This document shows positions 51,820 through 61,441 of a stretch of DNA of 64,000 nt, one piece after another. Below the pieces are notes generated by a model. It was not told the DNA's origin, made no database searches, and saw only the letters and a list, made by a program, of their open reading frames with translations. The DNA is from Polyangia bacterium. Its GTDB lineage: Bacteria; Myxococcota_A; Polyangia; Fen-1088. Each line of letters starts with the position of its first letter. Position 1 is the first letter of the stretch. Both the position numbers and the translations under genes were made by a program. The stretch lies in NCBI GenBank assembly GCA_035549075.1, contig DASZRT010000054.1, positions 1,989-65,988 on the forward strand. The letters run 5' to 3'.

Positions 51820-54800
51820 GTGGTGGGACTTCGCAGATTTCTCGGCGGCGTCGGTGTATCAGCCTCGATCGTGCTCGTCGGTTGCACCTCGAGAAGCGTC
51901 GACGTTCCGCCCGCTGACATGGCCGTCGAACACACGACGAGAGCGCTCACGGGCAGCTCGTTCGTGCCGTCCGGCTACGGCTGCGTCTGGCACGACGAGT
52001 TCGGCGGCGCGCAAGGCCTGGGCGAGGCGCGCGCCAACCTCGACGAGACGTCGTGGTCGTTCCAGGAGATCAACGTCAACTCCGAGCTGCAGGCCTACAC
52101 GACGAGGCAGTGCCTCGCCTCGCCCGATCACTGGAACCTGTGCGTCGAGGACGGCCGCCTCCGCATCCTGGGTCGGCACGAATCGATCGTGTGCGACGCC
52201 AACAACGACGGCGTCGTCGACAACCCCGACTGCGCGCCCCACTACACCGAGCCCTTCCACGCCTCGGCGAATTACACGTCGGGCCGCCTCATCACGAAGC
52301 ACAAGGTCCACTTCCCCGACGGCTACATCGAGTTCCGCGTGAAGCTGCCCGAGGCCGATCGCGCGGGCGCGCCCGAATCGGGCATGTGGCCCGCCGTGTG
52401 GATGCTGGGCGAGAGCATCAACCAAGGCCCGGCGCCGGGCAGCACGGCGTGGCCCAACTGCGGCGAGATCGACATCATGGAGTGGGCGACGAGCGGCGGC
52501 GTGAGCCACCAAGGGTGGAACGCGATCTGGAACGGGCCCGGCGGCACGAACGCCTGCAGCGCGTGGCCGCAAAACGGGAACGCCGCGTGCGGCCCGTGCC
52601 CCGTCGCGAACGGCGAGTGCGTGGGCGAGGTCGTCAACGGCACGCGCTACGAGATGACGGGCTGGACCGGCTTCGATCACCACGCGTGGCACACCTACGG
52701 CTTCAAGTGGGAGAACACGGGCAACAACACGACCGATCAGATGACCTACTTCATCGACGGCGTGCGCATGGGCGTGCTCCACCTCGGCGCCGAGCAGGCC
52801 GCGTTCAAGAACGACATGTTCCTCACGATCAACCTCGCGCTCGGCGGCACGTTGGGCGGGCCGATCGCCGTCACCGATTGGAACGACGCCTACGTCGATC
52901 TCGATTACGTGCGCTGGTACCGCGCGGGGCAAACGGAGGCGTGCGGGCTCGCCGACGGCACGCGACCGCCGCTCCACTGGCGCGGCGGGCTCGCCGGGTG
53001 CCCGAGCGGCAGCCTGTTCTCGAACGCGAGCTGCTGGTCGACGTCGTCGGGCGGCGCCTCGGCCGGCGTCGCGCCGGCGGCCAACGACAACGTCGTCTTC
53101 GACGGCGGCGGCGTCGGCAACTGCGCGATCGACGCGAATTTGCCCACGCACGCGTCGTCGCTCACGACGACGTCGGCCTACACGGGGACCATCGCGGCGA
53201 CGTTGGCTGGCTTGACGGTGACGGGCCCGACGACGCTCGGCGGAGGCACATTCAACAGCGGCGCGTCGACGACGTCGTTCGCCGGCCCGTTCACGATGAC
53301 CGGCACCGCGACCTTCGACGGGGGCACGGGCACGACGACGTTCGCGGCGGCGCCGACGCTGACCTCGGGCACGTTCGTCGTCGGCGACGCCGGTTCTTCG
53401 GGCGCTGTCGTGTTGTCGTCGGGCGCGACCTTCGCGAGCGGCACGACGCTGGCGTTCCCGACGAGCGGCGGCACGCTGAGCGCGCCCGGCGGCCAAGCCA
53501 TCACGATCAACGGCGCGGTGACGTCGCACGCGGGCGCCACGGCGACGCCGCCGCGCATCGCGCGCAGCGGCGGCACGACGGGCCTCGCGATCTCCTTCGG
53601 CTCGACGAGCGTCCTCGATCTCGACGGCCTCGAGCTCGACGACGCCGTCTCGACGGGCGTCGCGATCGCCGACGGCGCGACGACGACGCGCCTCGCCCAC
53701 CTCGCCTTCAAGAACAACGTGGCCGCCAGCGCGACGACGGGCGCGACCCACCTCGTGATCACCAGCTCGAACCCCGGCGGCACGAAGGTCATCGCCGCGA
53801 GCGGCTGCTTCTTCGACGCGACGGCGCAGTTCAACGTCACGCTCAACGGCGTCGCCGGCAGCACGGGCGTGCGCGCCGCCTTCGAAAACCAAGGCACGAA
53901 CGGCCCGCGCGCCGGCGAGAGCTTCGACCTCGACGCCGACACCAACGACGACAACGTCGCCGACTCGACGGCGGCGCCGCGCTTCGGTTCGGTCATCGAG
54001 TGGGTGTACGCGAGCCCGAGCGACACGACGGGAACGCCGCTGGGTGCGCCGGCGCCCGCGCTCGACTGGAACACGTTCGTGTTCTACGGCGTCTACGTCG
54101 CCTTCAAGAACGTCGGCGGCCCGGGCACGGCCGATCGCTTGTGGCTGCGCAACACCGACGGGAGCTCGGCGTACTTCTACGACGTGCCCGACGCGAGCGG
54201 CGACCTCGCGGGCCCGCCTCGTTGGGACACGATCAACGAGACCACCGCGGGGCTCGACGTCAACGGCGACGGCGATCAGACCGACACCGACGTCCGCGTC
54301 GTCTACCTCGCGACGACGATCGGGCACATCATCAAGCTCATCGACACGGGCTCGGCCTTCGCGCGCCCCGCGAGCGGCCCGTGGGCCACCGACTTCACCG
54401 ACGGCAACGTCCAGGCGATCACGTCGCCGCTCATCTCCGACGGCACGAACCTCTACTTCGGCGGCACGGGCGGCGGCGCCACGAAGATCTTCGGCGTGCA
54501 GCTCACGGGCGGCGCGAACGAGAAGGCGCTGCAGAAAAACATCGCGACCGTGGGCACGGGCGCGATCACGACGTCACCGGCATGGGTGGCCTACGGCGGC
54601 GCAACGTATCTGTTCCTCGCGTCGGCGGCCGTGGCCGGCCAAGCGATCATTTACCGCGCGCAGGTCTCGCCGGGCGCGACGATCGACACGAGCTACCTCG
54701 GCGTCACGACGAACGTCAACGGCGCCATGAACGTCATCAACGATCGCGCCTTCGCCGTCACGCAAGGCGGGCAGCTGTTCGTCCTCGCGGCGTCGAGCTT

Positions 54801-55257
54801 CGTCGCGGGCGGCTTCACGACGCTCGCCGGCTTCCCCTACACGACCTCGCCCGCGAAGCCCATCGTCGCCACGGCCTCGCTCGATCCGTTCACCAACGTC
54901 GCGTACTTCGGCGACTCCGCCGGCCGCGTCTTCGTCGTCACGGCCGCGGGCGCGAGCTTCTCGCCCGCCTACCCCTACCAACTGGCCGGCACGTCGGCCG
55001 TCATGGGCACGCCGCTCTACCGCCACGGCAGCGGCACGATCGCGATCGGCGCCTCCGACGGCTACGTCTACTTCCTCAACCGCCAAGACGCGACCGGCAC
55101 GCCGCAGCTGCGCAAACGTATCTTCGTGGGCGGCACCGCCGCCCCGTCGATCTCCTACGACAACAGCACCGCGCACTACCTCGCGACGTCGAACGACGGC
55201 CACATGCTCTTCATCGCCGCGTCAGACGTGGGTGTGGACACGGACGGCTTGGAGTAG
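51820..55257 (+). CDS. Giant lipoprotein: GH16 glucanase domain + beta-helix-like repeats + beta-propeller-like C-terminus
   Basis: 1145 aa. Lipobox LVGC. GH16 catalytic motif GEIDIMEW with surrounding WPAVWMLG. Gly/Thr/Ala repeat region, then PQQ-like propeller repeats. Confidence 0.8.
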   Translation: MVGLRRFLGGVGVSASIVLVGCTSRSVDVPPADMAVEHTTRALTGSSFVPSGYGCVWHDEFGGAQGLGEARANLDETSWSFQEINVNSELQAYTTRQCLASPDHWNLCVEDGRLRILGRHESIVCDANNDGVVDNPDCAPHYTEPFHASANYTSGRLITKHKVHFPDGYIEFRVKLPEADRAGAPESGMWPAVWMLGESINQGPAPGSTAWPNCGEIDIMEWATSGGVSHQGWNAIWNGPGGTNACSAWPQNGNAACGPCPVANGECVGEVVNGTRYEMTGWTGFDHHAWHTYGFKWENTGNNTTDQMTYFIDGVRMGVLHLGAEQAAFKNDMFLTINLALGGTLGGPIAVTDWNDAYVDLDYVRWYRAGQTEACGLADGTRPPLHWRGGLAGCPSGSLFSNASCWSTSSGGASAGVAPAANDNVVFDGGGVGNCAIDANLPTHASSLTTTSAYTGTIAATLAGLTVTGPTTLGGGTFNSGASTTSFAGPFTMTGTATFDGGTGTTTFAAAPTLTSGTFVVGDAGSSGAVVLSSGATFASGTTLAFPTSGGTLSAPGGQAITINGAVTSHAGATATPPRIARSGGTTGLAISFGSTSVLDLDGLELDDAVSTGVAIADGATTTRLAHLAFKNNVAASATTGATHLVITSSNPGGTKVIAASGCFFDATAQFNVTLNGVAGSTGVRAAFENQGTNGPRAGESFDLDADTNDDNVADSTAAPRFGSVIEWVYASPSDTTGTPLGAPAPALDWNTFVFYGVYVAFKNVGGPGTADRLWLRNTDGSSAYFYDVPDASGDLAGPPRWDTINETTAGLDVNGDGDQTDTDVRVVYLATTIGHIIKLIDTGSAFARPASGPWATDFTDGNVQAITSPLISDGTNLYFGGTGGGATKIFGVQLTGGANEKALQKNIATVGTGAITTSPAWVAYGGATYLFLASAAVAGQAIIYRAQVSPGATIDTSYLGVTTNVNGAMNVINDRAFAVTQGGQLFVLAASSFVAGGFTTLAGFPYTTSPAKPIVATASLDPFTNVAYFGDSAGRVFVVTAAGASFSPAYPYQLAGTSAVMGTPLYRHGSGTIAIGASDGYVYFLNRQDATGTPQLRKRIFVGGTAAPSISYDNSTAHYLATSNDGHMLFIAASDVGVDTDGLE

Positions 55258-55265
55258 CCGAAGGT

Positions 55266-58200
55266 CTAAGTTCCGCGGCGCAGATCGAGCGTGAGGGGGA
55301 AGCCGCGGGCGGTGCCGGCTTCGGCGGGGAAGGCGGCGCTTTGGCCGCCGGGCGTGTGGCCGAAGGCGAAGAAGCGCGCGAGGCGACGACCCTCGGCTTC
55401 GAGCGCGTTGATGGGGCGACGCTCGTGGGCCATGCCGCCTTGGTGCGACACGTGGTACGTGCAGCCGCCGACGGAACGTTTGTTCCACTGGTCGACGATG
55501 TCGAACACGAGCGGGGCGTGCACGCCGATGCGCGGGTGCAGCGCGCTCGGCGGTTGCCACGCGCGGAAGCGCACGCCCGCGACGTACTCGCCGCTCACGC
55601 CCGTCGGGTGCAGCGGCACGCGCCAGCCGTTGCACGCGACGGCGTAGCGATCGTCGGTGTAGCCGCTCACTTTGAGCTGCATGCGCTCCAGCGACGAGTC
55701 GACGTAGCGGACCTGCCCGCTGCCGCCGCTCTCTTCGCCAAGCACGTGCCACGGCTCGATCGCCGCGCGCAGCTGCAGATCGATGCCCGCCGACGCCGCC
55801 TCGCCCATGATGGGGAAGCGGAACTCGTAGTGCGGGATGAACCACGACGTCTCGAACGGGAAGCCCGCCTTGCGCAGATCGCCGACGACGTCGCCCAGGT
55901 CCTGCCACAGGAAGTGCGGCAGCGCGAAGCGGTCTTGCAGCGCCGTGCCCCAGCGCGCGGGCCGCTCGGTGTACGGCGTCTGCCAGAACGACGCGACGAG
56001 GCCGCGCAGGATCAGCTGCTGCGCCATGCTCATGCGCGCGTGCGGCGGCATCTCGAACGAGCGCAGCTCGAGCAGCCCCTGCCGTCCGCTCGCGCTGTCG
56101 GGGTTGAAGAGCTTGTCGACGCACAGCTCGGCGCGGTGGGTGTTGCCCGTGACGTCGACCAGCAGGTTGCGGAAGATGCGATCGACGAGCCAAGGCGGCG
56201 TCGGCGCGCCCTTCCCGCGCTCGTCGATCTGCCGGAACGCGATCTCGAGCTCGTCGATGCTGTCGGAGCGCGCCTCGTCGAGCCGCGGCGCCTGGCTCGT
56301 CGGCCCGACGAACATGCCCGAGAACAGGTACGAGAGCGCCGGGTGGTTGACGAAGTAGCCGATGAGGCTGCGCAGCAGATCGGGCCGGCGAAGCAGCGGG
56401 CTGTCGGCGGGCGTCGCGCCGCCCATGACGACGTGATTGCCGCCGCCGGTGCCGGTGTGGCGGCCGTCGAGCTGGAACTTCTCGGTGCCGAGGCGCGTCT
56501 GCCGCGCCTCTTCGTAGAGGATCTCGGTGTTCGAGACCAGCTCGTCCCACGAGTACGCGGGCTGGATGTTGACCTCGATGACGCCGGGATCGGGCGTGAC
56601 GGCGAACTGGCCGAGGCGCGGATCGCGCAGCGGCTGGTAGCCCTCGATGCGCACGGGCAATGACAGCGAAGCCGCCGTGTCCTCGATGGCGGCGACGAGA
56701 TCGACGAACGCTTCCGTGCTGGGCAGCGGCGGCAAGAAGACGTTCAGGATGCCGTTGCGGACCTCGGTGCACAGCGCCGTGCGCACGACGCCGGGAGCGT
56801 CGATCGACACGGGCGCCAAGACGCGGCGCGCGCGCGCTTCTTCTTCATCACCTTCGCCGGGACGCTTTTGCCCGGGGATCTGCAGCGCGCGCCGAGGCGC
56901 GAAGCCGTCGGGCTCGTGGTACACGCGGCGCCCTTCTTTCGACTGCCACGGCAGGCTGTCGAGCGGCAGGCGGAAGCCCATGGGCGAGTCGCCTGGGATC
57001 AGGAAGAAGCGCTCGCTGCGCACGGGCCAGTTGCCGGTGCGCCAGTGGATGTTGGTGGCGTCGTTCCAGTCGGAGACCGGCTCGAGCGGCAGCACCTGAC
57101 CCACGACGTGCGAGAGGCCCTGCTCCATGACGCGCGCGAGGCGCGCGCGCTCGACGGCGTCGTCGAGCTTCGACTCGAGCATGTCGACGTTCACGGGCAG
57201 CCGCCGCTCGCGCCACAGGTAATAGAACATGTCCTCGTAGGCGGGGATCAGCGTGCGATCTCCCACGTCGAGGCGCCGCGCGAGCGCGCGCACGAACGCG
57301 ACGGACGCGTCGTTGGCGACGGCGCTTCCACCCTCGCGCGCGAACAGGCTCGGCTGCCGCCACATCGGCACGCCGTCCTTGCGGAAGTAGCAGGTCATCG
57401 CCCAGCGCGGCAGCGGCTCGCCCGGGTACCACTTGCCCTGCCCGTGGTGCAGCACGCCGCCCGGCGCGAACTTGCCGTGCATCCGGTGCAGGAGGTTCTC
57501 GCCGAGCTTGCGCTTGGTCGGGCCGAGCGCCTCGGTGTTCCACTCGGCGCCGTCGGGATCGTCGATCGACACGAACGTCGGCTCGCCGCCCATCGACAGG
57601 CGCACGTCGCCCGCGACGAGCGCGTCGTCGACGAGGCGGCCCGTCTTCATGATCGCCGCCCAAGCTTCCTCGGTGTATGGCTTGGTCACGCGCGGCTCTT
57701 CGCGCACGCGCTCGACCTTCATCTCGAAGGTGAACGTGTCCTTGACCTTGTCGCCCTCGTAGCGCGGCGTGAAGGCGTAGCCGCCCGTGATGGGCGCGGC
57801 GTTGCCGGGATCGGGCGTGCAGGCGAGCGGGATGTGGCCCTCGGCGCAGGCGAGGCCGCTGGTGGCGTCGAAGCCGATCCAGCCGGCACCCGGCAGGTAC
57901 ACCTCGGCCCACGCGTGCAGATCGGTCACGTCCTGCGAGACGCCCGACGGGCCGCCGTCGAGCGCCTTGACGTCGGCGACGAGCTGGATCGAGTAACCCG
58001 ACACGAAGCGCGCCGCGAGCCCGAGGCGCCGCAGCACCTGCACGAGCAGCCATGCGAAGTCGCGGCAGGAACCGTGTCCGCGCGCCAGTGTTTCTTCGGG
58101 CGCGAACACGCCCGGCTCCATGCGGATGTCGTACTTCAGCGTCTGCTGCACGCGGCGGTTGACGTCGATGAGCACGTCGAGCGTGCGGCGCCCCGGCTTG

Positions 58201-58616
58201 GCGAGATCGGCCTGCACTGAGCGCACGAACGCGGCGAAGCGGTCACCACCGGGCAGCAGCTGCAGATAAGGCGCGAGCTCGGCCGCGAGCGCGGCGTCGT
58301 ACTTGAACGGGTACTCCGACGCCGCCTCTTCGACGAAGAAGTCGAACGGGTTGATCGCCGTCATCTCGGCGATGAGATCGACCACGACCTCGAAGCGCCG
58401 CACCTCGTTGGGGAACACGAGGCGGGCTTGGTAATTCCCGAACGGGTCTTGCTGCCAGTTCAGGAAGTGCCCGGACGGCGCGATCTTGAGCGAGTAGCTC
58501 TTGATGGGCGTCCGGCAGTGCGGCGCGGGCCGCAGGCGCACGACCTGCGGCGTGAGCTGGACGAGCTGGTCGTAGGCGTAGACGGTCTTGTGGTGAAGCG
58601 AGACGTTGATTCCCAT
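55266..58616 (-). CDS. Large transglutaminase-family protein with DUF2126 (putative amidoligase) domain
   Basis: 1116 aa. N-terminal Bact_transglu_N (LHHKTVYAYD), core GHGSCRDFAWL / DLHAWAEVY / FDATSG, then a long C-terminal region typical of DUF2126 proteins. Confidence 0.85.
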   Translation of the reverse strand: MGINVSLHHKTVYAYDQLVQLTPQVVRLRPAPHCRTPIKSYSLKIAPSGHFLNWQQDPFGNYQARLVFPNEVRRFEVVVDLIAEMTAINPFDFFVEEAASEYPFKYDAALAAELAPYLQLLPGGDRFAAFVRSVQADLAKPGRRTLDVLIDVNRRVQQTLKYDIRMEPGVFAPEETLARGHGSCRDFAWLLVQVLRRLGLAARFVSGYSIQLVADVKALDGGPSGVSQDVTDLHAWAEVYLPGAGWIGFDATSGLACAEGHIPLACTPDPGNAAPITGGYAFTPRYEGDKVKDTFTFEMKVERVREEPRVTKPYTEEAWAAIMKTGRLVDDALVAGDVRLSMGGEPTFVSIDDPDGAEWNTEALGPTKRKLGENLLHRMHGKFAPGGVLHHGQGKWYPGEPLPRWAMTCYFRKDGVPMWRQPSLFAREGGSAVANDASVAFVRALARRLDVGDRTLIPAYEDMFYYLWRERRLPVNVDMLESKLDDAVERARLARVMEQGLSHVVGQVLPLEPVSDWNDATNIHWRTGNWPVRSERFFLIPGDSPMGFRLPLDSLPWQSKEGRRVYHEPDGFAPRRALQIPGQKRPGEGDEEEARARRVLAPVSIDAPGVVRTALCTEVRNGILNVFLPPLPSTEAFVDLVAAIEDTAASLSLPVRIEGYQPLRDPRLGQFAVTPDPGVIEVNIQPAYSWDELVSNTEILYEEARQTRLGTEKFQLDGRHTGTGGGNHVVMGGATPADSPLLRRPDLLRSLIGYFVNHPALSYLFSGMFVGPTSQAPRLDEARSDSIDELEIAFRQIDERGKGAPTPPWLVDRIFRNLLVDVTGNTHRAELCVDKLFNPDSASGRQGLLELRSFEMPPHARMSMAQQLILRGLVASFWQTPYTERPARWGTALQDRFALPHFLWQDLGDVVGDLRKAGFPFETSWFIPHYEFRFPIMGEAASAGIDLQLRAAIEPWHVLGEESGGSGQVRYVDSSLERMQLKVSGYTDDRYAVACNGWRVPLHPTGVSGEYVAGVRFRAWQPPSALHPRIGVHAPLVFDIVDQWNKRSVGGCTYHVSHQGGMAHERRPINALEAEGRRLARFFAFGHTPGGQSAAFPAEAGTARGFPLTLDLRRGT

Positions 58617-58715
58617 GTCGTAGACGCGGCCTCGGCCGCGCGGACGACTTTAGGCGAGAATCATTGCGCGGGCGTTTCGGGTCGACGGACCCGAGGTTAA
58701 CGATCGATGAACGTA

Positions 58716-58736
58716 GGCGCGGGTGCCACCCGCGCC
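58716..58736 (-). terminator. GC-rich stem-loop after the Cys-rich lipoprotein gene
   Basis: GGCGCGGGT-GCC-ACCCGCGCC, a 9-bp stem 19 nt from the stop. No U-tract. Confidence 0.35.
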
Positions 58737-58754
58737 GGACTATCTACTACGAAC

Positions 58755-59531
58755 TCACGGAGCGAAGGTGATCGCCGTGTCGCACGAGGGCAGCGCCGAG
58801 CCGCCGTCGACGTCGGCGCCGGCGTCCGCCGTGCCGCCGTCGGCCGAGGGGCACGGCAGCTTGCCGATCTCCGCCTCGCACTGCGTGAGCGCCGCCGTCG
58901 TGCCGACGGTCGTCGCGAGCGGGCAGACGAGGAGGTTGTAGTAGTAGTCGTCCTTGCAGTTCTGCATGTCCGTCGTCGACGGCGCCGCGATGTTCGCGCA
59001 GTCGAACTCGCGGTTGCAGAACGCCGTCGCGAGATCGCCGCACTTGTTCTGCGCGTCGGTGGGCGGCGTGGTGGTCATGGGATCGTCGCAGGCCGTCGGC
59101 AGCTGCGGCGTTCCGTCCGACGCGAAGTCCGATGAGCAGCTGAGCGCGTTGAAGTCCGACAGGCACGTCGCATAGCCCGCCGACACGGCGTTGTCGCAGC
59201 TGAAGGCCACGGTGTACTCGTTGATGCAGGTCGCGAGATCGTCGGCCGAGAGACCGGCGTTCGTGCAGCTGTTGCCGCGGTTGCAGATCGACGACGCGAG
59301 GCCCTTGCACGACGCCACGGGACCTCCGGCGCCGCCCGCGCCGGTCGTTCCGCCCGTGCTCCCGATCGTGCCGCCCGTACCGCCGCCGCCCGTGGTTCCA
59401 CCGCTGCTGCCCGTCGTGCCGCCGCCACCGTCGGGCGTTCCGCCGCCGCCGCCGCCACACGCGCCGACCAAGAGAACAGCCGACAGCGCCATGACGCTGG
59501 AACACACGCCGAATCGCTGGAACGCCTTCAT
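58755..59531 (-). CDS. Cys-rich lipoprotein with internal 8-Cys duplication
   Basis: 258 aa from ATG 59531 (AAGGAG upstream). Lipobox LVGAC, Gly/Thr linker, and two similar modules each containing C-x8-C-N-R-x3-C-x-N. Confidence 0.6.
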   Translation of the reverse strand: MKAFQRFGVCSSVMALSAVLLVGACGGGGGGTPDGGGGTTGSSGGTTGGGGTGGTIGSTGGTTGAGGAGGPVASCKGLASSICNRGNSCTNAGLSADDLATCINEYTVAFSCDNAVSAGYATCLSDFNALSCSSDFASDGTPQLPTACDDPMTTTPPTDAQNKCGDLATAFCNREFDCANIAAPSTTDMQNCKDDYYYNLLVCPLATTVGTTAALTQCEAEIGKLPCPSADGGTADAGADVDGGSALPSCDTAITFAP

Positions 59532-59701
59532 CGTGACTCCTTTTCGGGCGTGCCTGGCCGACACGGCGGCCGAGGCGTTGGGCTCGCTGAGCGTGAAGCC
59601 TTTGTCTACACCCGGAAACGACTCGGGGACAAGCGCCGCCGACGCGCGGCGCCGTCGTTGAACATGAGTCGATCCCGGGCTTACAGTGAGGTCGCGGCGC
59701 C

Positions 59702-61195
59702 ATGTTGAAGCGGGACGAGTGGCTCGAGCACGCGCGCGACCTCGACTGGGAGCTGAGCTATGTCCGCGAGGAGGACGCCTTCCCGCCCGTCATCAGCGGC
59801 GCGCCGTGGTTGCCGCGCGAGGCTTGGCGCGACTGGGACGAGCCGTACCGCACGACCTACGCCGACTACGTCGCGACGCAGACCGAGAAGGACGCGTCGG
59901 TCTACGCCGTGCGCGACGTCGTCGGCAAGGCCGAGGACTACGAGCGCCTGCCCGTCGAATGGAAGAGCAGCCTCAAGCTGCACGCGGCGACGCTGCCGCT
60001 GGCCGAGTTCGCGGCCGTCATCGGCAACCTGCGCGCGGCGCGCTTCGGCCGCTCGCCCGCGTGGCGCACGACGGCGCTGTTCGGCGCGCTCGACGAGCTC
60101 CGCCACACGCAGATCCCGCTGTCGCTCATGCACGAGCTCGTGCGCGCCGACGCGCAGCTCGACTGGACGCACAAGTTCTATCACTCGAACAATTGGGTCG
60201 CGATCGCGGCGCGCCACCTCGCCGACGAGATGCTGCTGGGCGCCGACCCGGTCGAGTTCGCCGTCGCGACCAACTTCGTCTTCGAGACGGGCTTCACGAA
60301 CCTGCAATTCGTCGGCCTCGCCGCGCTCGCCCACCGCGTGGGCGACAAGATGTTCCAGAAGATGGTGACGAGCATCCAGAGCGACGAGGCGCGCCACTCG
60401 CAGATCGGCGCGCCCACGCTGGCGACGATCGCCAAGCACGATCGCGCGCGCGCGCAGCACCTCGTCGACAAGTGGTTCTGGCGCAGCTGGCAGCTGTTCG
60501 CGATCGTCACGGGGTTTTCGATCGATTACCTCACGCCGCTCGCGAGCCGCACGACCTCTTTCCGCGAGCTCATGGACGAGTGGATCGCCGATCAGTACCT
60601 GCGCATGCTCGACGAGCTCGGCCTCGATCGGCCGTGGTACTGGCCGATCTTCGAGGCGGCGCTGCCGCGCTACCACCACATGGTCTACGCGTCGGCTTAT
60701 TCGTACCGCGCGACGGTGTGGTTCGATCTGGTCGTGCCCGGACCCGACGAGCGGGCGTGGCTGCGCGAGAAGTACCCCGAGTCGTGGGACGAGATCGACC
60801 CCATCTGGGCCCGCATCTCGGAGCGCTGGCGCCAGACGGATCCCCGCAACGACTTCGGCGCGCACGGCACGGCGATCGTCGGCTTCTGCGACCTGTGCCA
60901 GATCGTGCTGTGCGGCGGCTCGCCCGGGCACAACGGCGCGCAGGTCGTCGAGCGCGACGGCAAGAAGCACATCTTTTGCTCGGAGCCGTGCCGCTGGATC
61001 TTCGAGCGCGAGCCGGCGCGCTACGCGGGGCACAAGGACGTCGTCAAACGCGTGCTCGCGGGTGAGGCGCCCGCGAACCTGGTCGCGATGTTGCGCGAGT
61101 ACTTCGGCCTCACGTTCGCCGACTGGGGCAAGGACGCCTACGGCGGCCTGTACCCGTGGCTCGAGCGCGAGCGCAAGCAGGACGAGAGACGATGA
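59702..61195 (+). CDS. Soluble diiron monooxygenase alpha (hydroxylase large) subunit, TmoA/TouA-like
   Basis: 497 aa. Diiron ligand motifs AEFAAV, DELRH, FETGFTN and DEARH. Cys-rich C-terminal tail as in toluene-4-monooxygenase alpha. Confidence 0.9.
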   Translation: MLKRDEWLEHARDLDWELSYVREEDAFPPVISGAPWLPREAWRDWDEPYRTTYADYVATQTEKDASVYAVRDVVGKAEDYERLPVEWKSSLKLHAATLPLAEFAAVIGNLRAARFGRSPAWRTTALFGALDELRHTQIPLSLMHELVRADAQLDWTHKFYHSNNWVAIAARHLADEMLLGADPVEFAVATNFVFETGFTNLQFVGLAALAHRVGDKMFQKMVTSIQSDEARHSQIGAPTLATIAKHDRARAQHLVDKWFWRSWQLFAIVTGFSIDYLTPLASRTTSFRELMDEWIADQYLRMLDELGLDRPWYWPIFEAALPRYHHMVYASAYSYRATVWFDLVVPGPDERAWLREKYPESWDEIDPIWARISERWRQTDPRNDFGAHGTAIVGFCDLCQIVLCGGSPGHNGAQVVERDGKKHIFCSEPCRWIFEREPARYAGHKDVVKRVLAGEAPANLVAMLREYFGLTFADWGKDAYGGLYPWLERERKQDERR

Positions 61196-61431
61196 TTCCG
61201 CTCTACGGCTTCCTCGAGGGCGACACGCTGGGCCTGCTCATCCTCGCCGACGAGCAGCAGTCGGCGGCGTCGCTCGCGCGCGCACTGCAATCGGCGGCCG
61301 CGCTGCGCGTCGCGCCGCGCGAGGGCGTGTCGGTGTGGGTCAAGGGCGCGCGCCTCGACGCGCGCACGACGGTCGACGCCGCGGGGCTGCGCGCGCTCGA
61401 TCGCTTCGACGTCAGGCGAGACCAACCATGA
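61192..61431 (+). CDS. Monooxygenase gamma subunit, TmoB-like
   Basis: 79 aa, ATGA overlap with the alpha stop. LRVAPREGVSVWV matches the TmoB RRVAPREGVMRV block recalled from memory. Confidence 0.7.
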   Translation: MIPLYGFLEGDTLGLLILADEQQSAASLARALQSAAALRVAPREGVSVWVKGARLDARTTVDAAGLRALDRFDVRRDQP

Positions 61432-61441
61432 CAGGATCGCC

